Assembly (NCBI GenBank): GCA_041690135.1
Contig: JAWLHY010000001.1
Span: forward strand, 928,001-992,000
Source of the DNA: Armatimonadota bacterium
GTDB lineage: Bacteria > Armatimonadota > SYMT01
DNA length: 64,000 bases
Reading direction: 5' to 3'
The notes beneath the pieces are model-generated. The model had not been told where the DNA came from, ran no database searches, and saw nothing but the letters and a program-made list of their open reading frames with translations. The position numbers and the translations under genes are program-made. Below are positions 40,042 through 49,138 of the stretch, piece by piece; the first letter of the stretch is position 1; each line of letters begins with the position of its first letter.

Positions 40042-41040
40042 ATGACAATGAGCACCAGATGGATCCGAGCCGGACGGGCTACGGCCGGCCTGTTCATTTT
40101 TGCCCTGGCGCTGGTCGCTGGGGCTTCGCAGGCCTGTATCCACGTGCCCACGGAGTATCGCGAAGCCGTCACCGAGCGGACGAAGCAGGCCCTGCTCTTC
40201 CACGACGGCACGAACGCGCACTTGGTCATCGGCACGCAGGTCGCCGCAGCGAAAAAGCTGCCGGAACACTTCTCCTGGGTACTCCCCCTCCCATCGCTTC
40301 CCAGCCGGTACGCGGAAGCGGATGCCTTCCTCTTTGAGGAGCTGTACCGCGCCACCGAGCCGCCGCGGCCCTCGTTCGGTGGCCTCCGCGGCAAGAACGC
40401 TCCCAAAGCCGGAGCCTTTTCCGGTGGGGTCGGGATCGAGGTCCACACACCGGTGACCGTCGGTCGTTACGAGATCCGGCCGGTGCAGGTGCTCCGCGAG
40501 CGTGCGGGAGACGAACTGAACCGTTGGCTAACCGGCAGCGGCTACGCTCCGGTCCCCGCCAGCATGCAGCAGTACTACCTCCGACCGGGCGCTGTCTTCC
40601 TGGCCGTTAAGGTGCGTAACCCGGGCGGGGAGAACGCAAAGCTAAAGCCGCTCCACATCGTTTACCGGTCCGAGCAGGTGGCTATGCCACTCAAGTTCGC
40701 GGAGAAATCGGGGATCTTCGACGTGCTGCTCTACACCTTTACCCCGCAGCCCCTCCGCCCCACCCACTTCGCCGCCCACAGGGTGATGGGGCTGCCCTCC
40801 GTGTCGATCCGGCCTGGCGGCTCGACCCCGCTTCTGGCCAGGATCACGGGAAACCGGCAGGGCTATCTCACTCGCTTCACCGGCTACCGGTTCAATACTC
40901 CTGGCCGCCTGGTGCGCACCCTGCGGACGGACCCCAGTCTACCGGCGCCACCCACGCGCCTGTCCGGTGGGGCTACCCATTCGGCTAAACATTGGCGGAC
41001 CGCCTCGATCCGCGTGACAAAGCCGCTGGTGATCCGATAA
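40042..41040 (+). CDS. DUF2330-like exported protein
   Basis: Signal peptide ending ASQAC, FSWVLPLPSLP, VGRYE..L..WL..GY, YY....FLAVK, LKPL, YLTR. Confidence 0.7.
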   Translation: MTMSTRWIRAGRATAGLFIFALALVAGASQACIHVPTEYREAVTERTKQALLFHDGTNAHLVIGTQVAAAKKLPEHFSWVLPLPSLPSRYAEADAFLFEELYRATEPPRPSFGGLRGKNAPKAGAFSGGVGIEVHTPVTVGRYEIRPVQVLRERAGDELNRWLTGSGYAPVPASMQQYYLRPGAVFLAVKVRNPGGENAKLKPLHIVYRSEQVAMPLKFAEKSGIFDVLLYTFTPQPLRPTHFAAHRVMGLPSVSIRPGGSTPLLARITGNRQGYLTRFTGYRFNTPGRLVRTLRTDPSLPAPPTRLSGGATHSAKHWRTASIRVTKPLVIR

Positions 41041-41049
41041 GCAGAATTG

Positions 41050-41268
41050 CCTTGGTTGCCTGTAGGCGTAACCGTTGCGGAACCCCAGCTCCGTAGCGAC
41101 ACCTTCCTTCCAGAACACGGCTCGCCCGCGTCGCTCCCGTCCCGGTGCCGGAAAGGCGGTGCCGGCGATCCAGCCTCCTTCCGCCATACCCTCGACCCGG
41201 GAGCACGGAACGCCCGGCAAGCGCGGCAGAGCGATGGGTACCCCCTCGGTCCAGAGGACCGCCCGCAC
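41050..41268 (-). pseudogene. Remnant of an extracellular HAF-repeat-like gene
   Basis: RAVLWTEGVPIAL...GWIAGT...RAVFWKEGVATELG; no N-terminus (in-frame TGA about 15 codons upstream). Confidence 0.45.
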
Positions 41269-41371
41269 GCCGATTTCAGGTTCTGTTAAGAAAGGCTGCG
41301 TCTCGTCTAGCGTTCAGAGACTTAAAGGAACAAAAAAGGAGCCCTCGCAGACAAGAGGGAAAGAAGGAAAC

Positions 41372-43366
41372 ATGACAGCAGACCCTGGCCAATCGGATAA
41401 TCCACGCGGATCCGGCCTCGTGATGTGCCTGTTCATTGTGCTGTTCGGGCTGGTAGTTACCTTGCCATTCGTATCGATGGGCACGTGGAGGGTGGGGCGC
41501 ACCCTGGCGGGATTGACCTGGCCCCAGCAGCCGGCCGAACTGCTGGACGCCCGCATTATCCACGAACACAACTCCGAGAGCGACAACTACTACGTTGACG
41601 TCCGCTACGCTTACGCGGTCGACGGCACGGTTCGAGAGAGCGGTCGGTGGGCGCCTGCAATCGGAAGGTGGGACTGGGGTTCCCGTTCCACCGCCGAACA
41701 TGCGCTTCAATGGCTGCGGTCCCAACCCCTCACTGTCCGGGTGAACCCATACAACCGTGGCGACGCTGCCATCTTCGTGCGCCTCGACTCGATGTCCGTA
41801 GTACTCTTCGCGTGGGGATGGGGGTTCTTTCTCGTTTTCGTAGTGGCTATCGGCTCGGCATTTGCCGCCCAGGCGTTGGATACGCGAGCGGCTGTGGCCT
41901 CTCCGGAGCCCGACGGCCGGCTCCCGCGATGTTGGAGGCGGTTGGGTGTCCGCGACGATGGCGACACGCTCCACCTGGTCTTGCCCCGGCGCTACGCAGC
42001 CGCCATCGCTTTCCCTATGGGATTGGCGCTGGTCGGCGCCGGCCTCACGGGATTCCTCACCGCCTTCAGTCCGGTTCCGGAAGGGATCTGGCAGTGGGTG
42101 ATCATCGCGGCGGCCCCCATCGCGGCGCTTCATGGGGTTCGGGACAAGCTCGCGCAGACCCACTGCACGCTCGACGCTCGGGAGCGAATGCTCTCTGTCG
42201 GCTCCACGCCGCGTGCCCTTTCGCAGGCGCGATTTTCGGAGCTTGCCGGGCCGGAACTGATGACTTCCCGCAACCCGGATCGTCCGAGCGACAGGCGGCA
42301 GCATCTGGTCTTCCGCCGCCGCGGGGAGCACCTCGCGCCGGTAGCCGTGCTCGACCTGGACGGTTGGCCCCAGCCGGCGGTACAGTCCTTGATCCGGCGC
42401 ATCGAGCGGCTCACGGGGCTTGCGTCCTGCTTCACTCCGGATGGCGCGATCGCTTCGGCGGCGCCCGCCGTCCCCGGCATCCCGCTCCAGCCCTATCGTA
42501 AGACCGTCCAGAGCCTGTGGGGGCAGTTGTTCTACTTGCTGTTCGGCTCCGTCTTCGTAGCGGGCGCCGGGACCTCGCTGGTTCGGCTTCTGCCCTGGCT
42601 CGGCCGCGAGGGATCATCATCCCTCTGGATGTTCCTCGCCGGAGCCTCGGTCGCCTTGCTCTTCGGTCTCACGATGGCCGGCGGCGCGCTCTGGGAGGCT
42701 GCCTTCATCCTCCGGCTCGGACAACCCCGGGCGAGCCTGCAGCCGGCAGCCCCGCGGTGGGACGAACCATTCCGCTTCGCATTTGAGCTGCTTTTCCGCG
42801 GGACGCAGCGGATGCGAAGCGTCAACACCGTGCTGGTCCTTCGCGAACAATTCGAGACGAAGGACCACGAAGGGAGCACCCAGGTCCGCCATGTGGACCG
42901 CCTGGTGCAACAACATCCTGGAAGTTCGCCCCTGGAGATATCCGCGCACGGCGTTACGGTCGACGTGCGGTTCCGCATTCCGGCGGATGGCCTCACACGC
43001 TACCGCAGCGGCGACCATCCTTACCTCTGGGTGGTGAAGGTGTTGCTGGACTTCGGGCGAGGCGATCTCTACACCTACGATTACCTGCTGCCGTTGGAAG
43101 ATAAGCCCGCCACGGAGACCTCCCCTTTCACGGGCTCCGCGGAACCTTACTATGACGTTCTGCTGATCGAGCCGGGTCCGGGCCTGATGAAGTTCCCCCG
43201 CGCCGTTCAGAAGGCGATGCCGTTCCTCAACTTGGCCCAAACCTCGGAGCTCTTGGTAGTCACTCCCACCCTTCTCCGCACCGGTGCGGATCGAGGCGAG
43301 GCGGAGAAGCTGCGCCGGGCGATCGAAGCGGCTGGAGGACGCGTGCTGATTCAAGAGCGATCATGA
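41372..43366 (+). CDS. Multi-TM protein with DUF3592-like domain and C-terminal ribosomal L7/L12-CTD-like domain
   Basis: W...A.L...YYVDVRYAY.VDG..LTVRVNP; C-terminal TP.LL.G..RGEAEKLRRAIEAAGGRV. Confidence 0.65.
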   Translation: MTADPGQSDNPRGSGLVMCLFIVLFGLVVTLPFVSMGTWRVGRTLAGLTWPQQPAELLDARIIHEHNSESDNYYVDVRYAYAVDGTVRESGRWAPAIGRWDWGSRSTAEHALQWLRSQPLTVRVNPYNRGDAAIFVRLDSMSVVLFAWGWGFFLVFVVAIGSAFAAQALDTRAAVASPEPDGRLPRCWRRLGVRDDGDTLHLVLPRRYAAAIAFPMGLALVGAGLTGFLTAFSPVPEGIWQWVIIAAAPIAALHGVRDKLAQTHCTLDARERMLSVGSTPRALSQARFSELAGPELMTSRNPDRPSDRRQHLVFRRRGEHLAPVAVLDLDGWPQPAVQSLIRRIERLTGLASCFTPDGAIASAAPAVPGIPLQPYRKTVQSLWGQLFYLLFGSVFVAGAGTSLVRLLPWLGREGSSSLWMFLAGASVALLFGLTMAGGALWEAAFILRLGQPRASLQPAAPRWDEPFRFAFELLFRGTQRMRSVNTVLVLREQFETKDHEGSTQVRHVDRLVQQHPGSSPLEISAHGVTVDVRFRIPADGLTRYRSGDHPYLWVVKVLLDFGRGDLYTYDYLLPLEDKPATETSPFTGSAEPYYDVLLIEPGPGLMKFPRAVQKAMPFLNLAQTSELLVVTPTLLRTGADRGEAEKLRRAIEAAGGRVLIQERS

Positions 43367-43367
43367 C

Positions 43368-43398
43368 AAAACGGGCGAGGTGCGATGCACCTCGCCCG
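43368..43398 (-). terminator. Rho-independent terminator downstream of infC
   Basis: 12-bp stem cgggcgaggtgc/gcacctcgcccg followed by TTTT on the minus strand. Confidence 0.75.
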
Positions 43399-43467
43399 CC
43401 GCGAAAACCACCACGATGGCGCGAGTAGTTTGGGAACACTCGGCAGCCGCCGGTAATCGGGAGTTGC

Positions 43468-44001
43468 TTACTTGGGGCTGAGCAGCATGGTCATCCGGCG
43501 TCCGTCGATGACGGGCGGCCGCTCGACGACGCTGATGTCCGATAGCGCCGCCGCCATCTTCTCCATCTGGTTGCGTCCGATTTCCGGATGGGCCATTTCG
43601 CGGCCCCGGAAGATCAGGGTCACCTGGACCTTGTTCTTCTTCTCCAGGAACTTACGCGCGTCGTCGGTCCGGTACTGGAAATCGTGCGGGTCGATACCCG
43701 GCCGGAGCCGGATGCCCTTCACCTCGACGGTGTGCGCGTTCTTACGAGCGTCCTTCTGCTTCTTGGCCTCGTCGTACTTGAACTTGCCGTAGTCCAGGAT
43801 GCGACAGACCGGAGGGCTGGCGTTGGGAGCCACCTCCACCAGGTCCAAACCCTTCTCCTGGGCCAGGGCCAGGGCCTCGCGCGTGGGCATAATGCCCAAC
43901 TGCTGCCCTTCGTCGTCGATTACCCGGATCTCCGGCACGCGGATGCGGTAGTTCGTGCGTGGCCCGAGATCGCGGCCGCGGTTGTCAGCGCCTCTGTTAA
44001 T
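43468..44001 (-). CDS. infC: Translation initiation factor IF-3 with ATT start codon
   Basis: PRTNYRIRVPEIRVID, GLDLVEVAPNASPPVCRILDYGKFKY, FRGRE; GAGGTG RBS, 7 nt, then ATT at 44001. Confidence 0.95.
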   Translation of the reverse strand: MNRGADNRGRDLGPRTNYRIRVPEIRVIDDEGQQLGIMPTREALALAQEKGLDLVEVAPNASPPVCRILDYGKFKYDEAKKQKDARKNAHTVEVKGIRLRPGIDPHDFQYRTDDARKFLEKKNKVQVTLIFRGREMAHPEIGRNQMEKMAAALSDISVVERPPVIDGRRMTMLLSPK

Positions 44002-44205
44002 GGTTGTTCACCTCGTCTCAAATCAGGCTCGACCGGATCATTCCGGCGAGAAGCCGCGGTTGCGGCATTGACGGCCATGTTATACCGAAACGACCGTTCC
44101 TGTATACAGGGCAATCGGGCACAATTAGGAATGCCCGTTCCTGCGGATCTTAAACCGGATCTCATGCAGGCGAGCGCCTGACGCCTGGTCGGCCGTTCCT
44201 CCATT

Positions 44206-46233
44206 ATGGAGTGCGGGAAGGGTCGTTCAGTTCCATATATTTCACGTGAAGATTGTAACTCCTCCGTGTGCGCCCTTGCTCTCCTCAACTGGTTGAAGGC
44301 CCCGGCTTCCCGGGAGATTATCCGGCGCTGGACGCGGGCGAGCCCGTCCGGCGAGCATTCGCTCGACCTTCGCCTGCCGGACCCTGGGGAGGCGTATGAA
44401 GTCCTGGTCGTAGGCGATACCGGAGACGCCGAAGTAACGGGGAGTGGGCTGGCCCCGCAGGATGCCGTTGCGCGCTATCTGGCGGAGGATGCATGCCTCC
44501 CTGGCTCCGCGGGAAAGGGCCTGCTGGTGCTCCACACGGGCGACGTGGTCTACATGACGGGCGAGCGCCGTCTCTACGAGCGCAACTTCCGGCGACCTTT
44601 TGCTCCCTTCCTGACGCCCGACAGCACGGTGGACCGGCTCGTGTTCCGGATTCCGTTTTTGCCGGTCCCCGGCAACCACGACTATTACGATTTTGCCCCC
44701 TGGGCGGCGGCGCTTGCTCGCGCCCCCGCGGTGGGAGCGGGACTTCGGGCCGTGGCGCGGGAGCTCTTTGCCTTCAGCGTGCCGCAGGGTGGGTCGGACC
44801 AGGGCCGTGCTTTCATGGATGCGTTTCTCCGGCCCGAGCCTTCGCCGCTGCCGGGACCGCTCCCGTACATCCCCGGTGAGATCACCCGCCTTCCGAACCG
44901 GTACTACCGCTTCCGCGTGGGGTCCGTCGACTACTTCGCGCTCGACTCGAACACCCTGGAGGCCCCATCTCCGTCGCCGGTCTTCTCCGGAGAACGGGCG
45001 CAGGCGGAACGGCGCGTGAAGCTGCTCCGGAAACACGCCCGGCAGGTGGACCATGAGCTTCGACAGCTAGAGCTGGAGTTGGAGGAATTGCAGCGCGGCC
45101 ACCGGCGCCGGGTGGCGTTGTCGCTGCGGATGCACTCGACTTTCCAACCGGCCCTGTCCGAGCTTTTGTCGGCAGCGAAAGGGATGGCAACGCTCCTGGA
45201 GCGCAACCCTGTGGACAGCACGGAGGGCACGCGGGCGCGGCGACTCCTGGAACGGACCCTCGGCGAGTGGGAACAGGTGCAGCATCGTCTCCTGGCCGCC
45301 ACGGGATCGCGTTCCTTCCGAGATGCCCTGGACCGGGCCGACACGGCTTCACGCTCCCTATCCGCAGCCCTGAAGGCTGCGGATGGATATCTCGGGCACC
45401 TACCGGAGGGCCTGCCGCACGCCGAACTCTCGACGGCCCGCGGGTCCCTGGAGGCCGCGCTCCAGGCCTGGACGCGGCTGGCCTCTCCCCCACCGCCCTC
45501 CGATCTGGCCGAACGCCTCCACCACCTCTCGGATACCGCTCTGGACATCCAGCGGACCCTGGCCGTGGAGAGGCGTCGCGCGCATTCGCAGCCGGAAGAC
45601 TTCGATCAGGCGCAAATTCGCTGGCTGGACGCGGCCCTGGCCGAGTCGGTCCGGGAACGGCCCGATAATTGGCGGGTCGTCTACCTCCACCACCCGCTGT
45701 ATTCGACCATCACCAACCACTGCGAGTTGGCGGATATTCAGGGCGTGCGCGCCAACCTGATCGGGATCCTGCGCGGTCGCGTCCATGCCGTCTTCGGCGG
45801 GCACGCCCACGCCTTCGAGTGGACTCGCTCCCGCGAGTTGCCGCATACCGGGCTCTTTGTTACGGGGGGAGGCGGCCAGGTATCGCTGCGTCGATCCATC
45901 CTCGACCCCAGGCGCTTCGCCCGCCATTCCGGACAGTACGCCGCGCTCCGGACTGCCGGCGTTACGGAAGCCGTGGTTTGCGGCCGAGGCCCCGCCGCCG
46001 CGGACGGGGAGGACGGGAACGTGTTCCACTACCTCCGGGTGCAGGTAACGCCGGAACGTCTCATCATTCGTCCGGTAGGGGTCCGGCAAACCGCCGCCGG
46101 CTTTCGGAGAGAAGAACCGGTATTGGCCTTCCACGCCTCGTCGCTTCCGGTAGGACAGCCTCCCTGGGAAGCCCGCACGCTGGAAGGTATCGCAATTCGC
46201 CGGGACCAACCGCCGGAACCGATCTGGACCTAA
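44206..46233 (+). CDS. Metallophosphoesterase (purple acid phosphatase-type motifs) with a large helical insertion; start uncertain
   Basis: GDTG, GDVVY, PGNHDY, LHHP, GHAH. Confidence 0.85.
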   Translation: MECGKGRSVPYISREDCNSSVCALALLNWLKAPASREIIRRWTRASPSGEHSLDLRLPDPGEAYEVLVVGDTGDAEVTGSGLAPQDAVARYLAEDACLPGSAGKGLLVLHTGDVVYMTGERRLYERNFRRPFAPFLTPDSTVDRLVFRIPFLPVPGNHDYYDFAPWAAALARAPAVGAGLRAVARELFAFSVPQGGSDQGRAFMDAFLRPEPSPLPGPLPYIPGEITRLPNRYYRFRVGSVDYFALDSNTLEAPSPSPVFSGERAQAERRVKLLRKHARQVDHELRQLELELEELQRGHRRRVALSLRMHSTFQPALSELLSAAKGMATLLERNPVDSTEGTRARRLLERTLGEWEQVQHRLLAATGSRSFRDALDRADTASRSLSAALKAADGYLGHLPEGLPHAELSTARGSLEAALQAWTRLASPPPPSDLAERLHHLSDTALDIQRTLAVERRRAHSQPEDFDQAQIRWLDAALAESVRERPDNWRVVYLHHPLYSTITNHCELADIQGVRANLIGILRGRVHAVFGGHAHAFEWTRSRELPHTGLFVTGGGGQVSLRRSILDPRRFARHSGQYAALRTAGVTEAVVCGRGPAAADGEDGNVFHYLRVQVTPERLIIRPVGVRQTAAGFRREEPVLAFHASSLPVGQPPWEARTLEGIAIRRDQPPEPIWT

Positions 46234-46560
46234 AGGGCGATTCCGACAACGGGAGCGGGAAGTGCCAGACTCACCTCCATCAGCGCGACGGAAGCGGACT
46301 GGCACAGGTTCCGCCACGGGGCTCGTGACTGTAGGAGATGTGACGCCGTTCCATTCCGAAGGGAACGAAGTTGATCCCGTTTGGCTCAGCGGGAACACTC
46401 TTGTTCCAGGACAGCCACGGGCCTGCAGGACGCGATCAGGAGCAGTCCTGCGGAACGCTACGGTACACCCGGCGAAGTTAGGGCGAGACGTTCCCTACGG
46501 GTGCCGTACACAGAGACACGCAAGTCGGCCCCGCCGAGAACCTCTGGATTGCATGGCACC

Positions 46561-46580
46561 CCCGAGACCGGAGTCTCGGG
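46561..46580 (-). terminator. Hairpin just after the HMA gene stop
   Basis: cccgagac-cgga-gtctcggg, 13 bp past TAA; no clear U-tract. Confidence 0.5.
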
Positions 46581-46593
46581 AGTTGCTAAACCG

Positions 46594-46929
46594 TTACTCG
46601 CTCTTCACGCTTCCCTCGAAGTCCGAGTGCTTCGTAATCGCCTCGGCCAACTCCTGGGGATTGGTCTTCGCCGGATCGTATTCGACCTCCACCGTCTGGG
46701 TCTTCACGTCCGCCTTCATCTTCTTAAATCCATCGACTCTGACCAGAGCCGCTTCCGCGCGGGGCGGTCAGCCGGCCGGTCAATGCATGCCCTTCGCATT
46801 CAACACCGCGGTCTTCATCCCGGGCTCGGGCGCGATCGGCTCCTGCTCGGCGGTCGGAGCACACCCCACGAACGTCCCGGAGACGACGGCGCCGGCCAGA
46901 AGGGCGAAGGCTCGCCTCGTCAGTACCAT
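46594..46929 (-). CDS. Tat-lipoprotein heavy-metal-associated (HMA/MerP/CopZ-like) protein with two in-frame TGA codons; candidate double selenoprotein
   Basis: Manual translation MVLTRRAFALLAGAVVSGTFVGCAPTAEQEPIAPEPGMKTAVLNAKGMH*PAG*PPRAEAALVRVDGFKKMKADVKTQTVEVEYDPAKTNPQELAEAITKHSDFEGSVKSE-TAA; AGGAG RBS; TGA at 46780-82 and 46768-70. Confidence 0.85.
46735..46750 (-). promoter_or_regulatory. Putative bacterial SECIS hairpin
   Basis: GGCUCU-GGUC-AGAGUC; loop begins 24 nt after the second UGA and 36 nt after the first. Confidence 0.55.
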
Positions 46930-47007
46930 CCGCTTCTCCTCGGTAGTCGGAAAGCGGACCCATTCCTTGCCGCCTTCCCTTCCCTTATCCTACGCGCATC
47001 GAGGCAA

Positions 47008-48462
47008 TTAATCACCTGTCGTTCCACTATCGATTGCCTCTATACCTACCGCGGGGAATTCCACGCGGAAGGTGCTGCCTTTTCCCGGGCGGCTCTCGCA
47101 CGAGATGGCCCCCTCATGGGCTTCCACCGCCCAGCGGGTGATGCTGAGCCCCAGGCCCGTGCCTCCGGCGGCGCGGGCGCGGCCCTTGTCCACGCGATAG
47201 AACCGGTCGAAAATGTGCGGCAGGTGTTCGGCCGGGATGCCGATGCCGGTATCCCGTACCTCGAGGATCGCTTTGGATTCGTGCTTCCGCAGCGAGAGGG
47301 TCACGCAGCCCCCTTCCGGCGTGTACTTGATCCCGTTGCTGAGGAGGTTGGTGACCACCTGGTTCAGCCAGAGCGCATCGCCGGCCACGGTAGCGTCTTC
47401 CACCTCGGCCAAGTCCAGCCGCACTCCGTGGCGGGCTGCGAGGGGCTCCAGGCTCTCCATCGCCACCAGCACCAGGCCGGGAAGCTCCACGGGCTCCTTG
47501 CGGATCAACTCCACCCCGGCGTCGGTGCGGGCCAGCAGCAGCAGGCTATCGACGATCTCCGACATCCGCTCCGCCGATTCGAGGATGCTGCCGAGGGAGC
47601 GCCGGTACGCGGCGGCGTCCTGCTCCTCCATCAACGCGACCTCGGCTTCACCGCGGATCGCCGTCAGGGGAGTTTTTAATTCGTGGGAGGCATCCGCGCT
47701 GAACTGGCGGACCTGCTGGAAGCTGCGGTCGAGGCGGGCGATCATCTGGTCGAAGGCCTGCGCCAGGCGACCGATTTCGTCTTCGGGTCCCTCGTGCTGA
47801 AGGCGCCGCTGCAAGTTGGTACTCTGGATATCGAGGGCGGTGCGGGTGAGGCTGTCGACCCGCCGGAGCGCGCGACCCACGACGAGCCAGTTGCCCCCCA
47901 GCGCCAGCAGGAAGACGCCCGGGGTGAGGCCGATCAGGATCCACCGCGCTCGCTGGAGGGCCGCCTCCACCCCTTCTAGTGAGGTGCCGGCCTGAACGAG
48001 GTAGGGGATGCGCGACCCCATGCGCACCGGCACGGTGGCGATGCGGACCGGATGCTCACCCAGCCCGTGGACCGTTTCCAGGTGCGCCCGTCCCGCCAGC
48101 CCCGCCCGCAGCGCGGGCGCGAGCACCGGCAGCGGGTTGGTCTGCAGTCCGTCGGACTTCTCGCGGATGTTCCCCTGGGGGTCCACCACCTGGATGTAGC
48201 GTCCCCAGGTGCGCAGGTCGTTCGCAAGAAACTGCGGAAGAGGGGCGGCCATTCCGGCGTCGTGGGCGGTCTCCAGGCGGTACAGCGTCGTCGCCATCTG
48301 GCGGGCAGTGGTGTCGGCATGCTCCAGAAGTGCCTGATCCGCGCGAGAGTAAAGTACGCGGAAAAGGAGGGCGTAGGTGAGCCCTCCCAGCCCCAGCAGC
48401 GTGAGGCCCATCAGGCCCGCATGCCACAGGGCCAGCTGCGCGCGCAAACCGCCGATCTTCAC
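47008..48462 (-). CDS. HAMP sensor histidine kinase (CusS/CzcS-like heavy-metal type)
   Basis: DEIGRLAQAFDQM, QFSADASHELKTPL, NLLSNGIKY, FDRFYRVDKGR, GTGLGLSI. Confidence 0.92.
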   Translation of the reverse strand: MKIGGLRAQLALWHAGLMGLTLLGLGGLTYALLFRVLYSRADQALLEHADTTARQMATTLYRLETAHDAGMAAPLPQFLANDLRTWGRYIQVVDPQGNIREKSDGLQTNPLPVLAPALRAGLAGRAHLETVHGLGEHPVRIATVPVRMGSRIPYLVQAGTSLEGVEAALQRARWILIGLTPGVFLLALGGNWLVVGRALRRVDSLTRTALDIQSTNLQRRLQHEGPEDEIGRLAQAFDQMIARLDRSFQQVRQFSADASHELKTPLTAIRGEAEVALMEEQDAAAYRRSLGSILESAERMSEIVDSLLLLARTDAGVELIRKEPVELPGLVLVAMESLEPLAARHGVRLDLAEVEDATVAGDALWLNQVVTNLLSNGIKYTPEGGCVTLSLRKHESKAILEVRDTGIGIPAEHLPHIFDRFYRVDKGRARAAGGTGLGLSITRWAVEAHEGAISCESRPGKGSTFRVEFPAVGIEAIDSGTTGD

Positions 48463-49136
48463 GCCGGCTCTTCCCGCAAGACGTAGCCCACGCCGCGGAT
48501 GGTGTGCAGGAGCTTGCGCCCCGCGGCGGGATCGATCTTCTTCCGGAGAAAGTTCATGTACACTTCGAGCACGTTCGACTGCGTTTCGAAGTCGTAGCCC
48601 CAGATGTTCGACAGCAGCTCCTCGCGGGTCAGGGTTTTCTCCGGGAACCGCATCATGTACTCCAGCAGCGCATACTCCTTGTTGGTGAGCTCGATCCGCT
48701 TTCCGTTCCGCGTGACGGTGCGGGAAACGGGATCTAGCACCAATCCCGCGTATTCCAGCGCGGGTACCCGCACCGCCGTGGCCCGGCGCAGCAGCGCCCG
48801 TAGCCGGGCCAGGAGCTCGCCGAACGCGAACGGCTTCGGCAGGTAGTCGTCGCAGCCGGCGTCCAGACCCTCGATCCGGTCCTCCGTGCTGCCGAGGGCC
48901 GTGAGAGCCAGCACGGGGACTTCCATCCGCATACGGCGGATCTCCCGCACCACGTCCAGGCCGCCGATCCCGGGCAGCATCAGGTCCAGTACCACTGCGT
49001 CGTAGCTGGTCGCTTTCAGGCGTTCCAGCGCGGCTTCTCCACTCGCTGCGACTTCCGCTTCGAAGTCGGACTGCTCCAGGCCGCGCCGGATCACGTCCGA
49101 GACCTTTTCCTCGTCCTCCACCACCAGGATCCGCAT
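48459..49136 (-). CDS. OmpR-family response regulator (CusR/CzcR-like)
   Basis: MRILVVEDE, LDLMLP, DDYLPKPF, LTNKEYALL, SNVLEVY..LRKKID, TIRGVGY; GTGA overlap with the kinase. Confidence 0.95.
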   Translation of the reverse strand: MRILVVEDEEKVSDVIRRGLEQSDFEAEVAASGEAALERLKATSYDAVVLDLMLPGIGGLDVVREIRRMRMEVPVLALTALGSTEDRIEGLDAGCDDYLPKPFAFGELLARLRALLRRATAVRVPALEYAGLVLDPVSRTVTRNGKRIELTNKEYALLEYMMRFPEKTLTREELLSNIWGYDFETQSNVLEVYMNFLRKKIDPAAGRKLLHTIRGVGYVLREEPA

Positions 49137-49138
49137 GG

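Noticed and set aside
46594-46929. Ordinary pseudogene, or UGA=Trp/Gly genetic code
   Set aside because: The stops fall exactly on the two metal-ligand positions, with RBS, signal, domain and TAA intact, and neighbouring conserved genes use TGA as stop. A pseudogene is disfavoured but not excluded.
46262-47679. Plus-strand ORFs 46262..47011 and 46381..47679
   Set aside because: Antisense shadows of the HMA gene and kinase, with no recognisable motifs.
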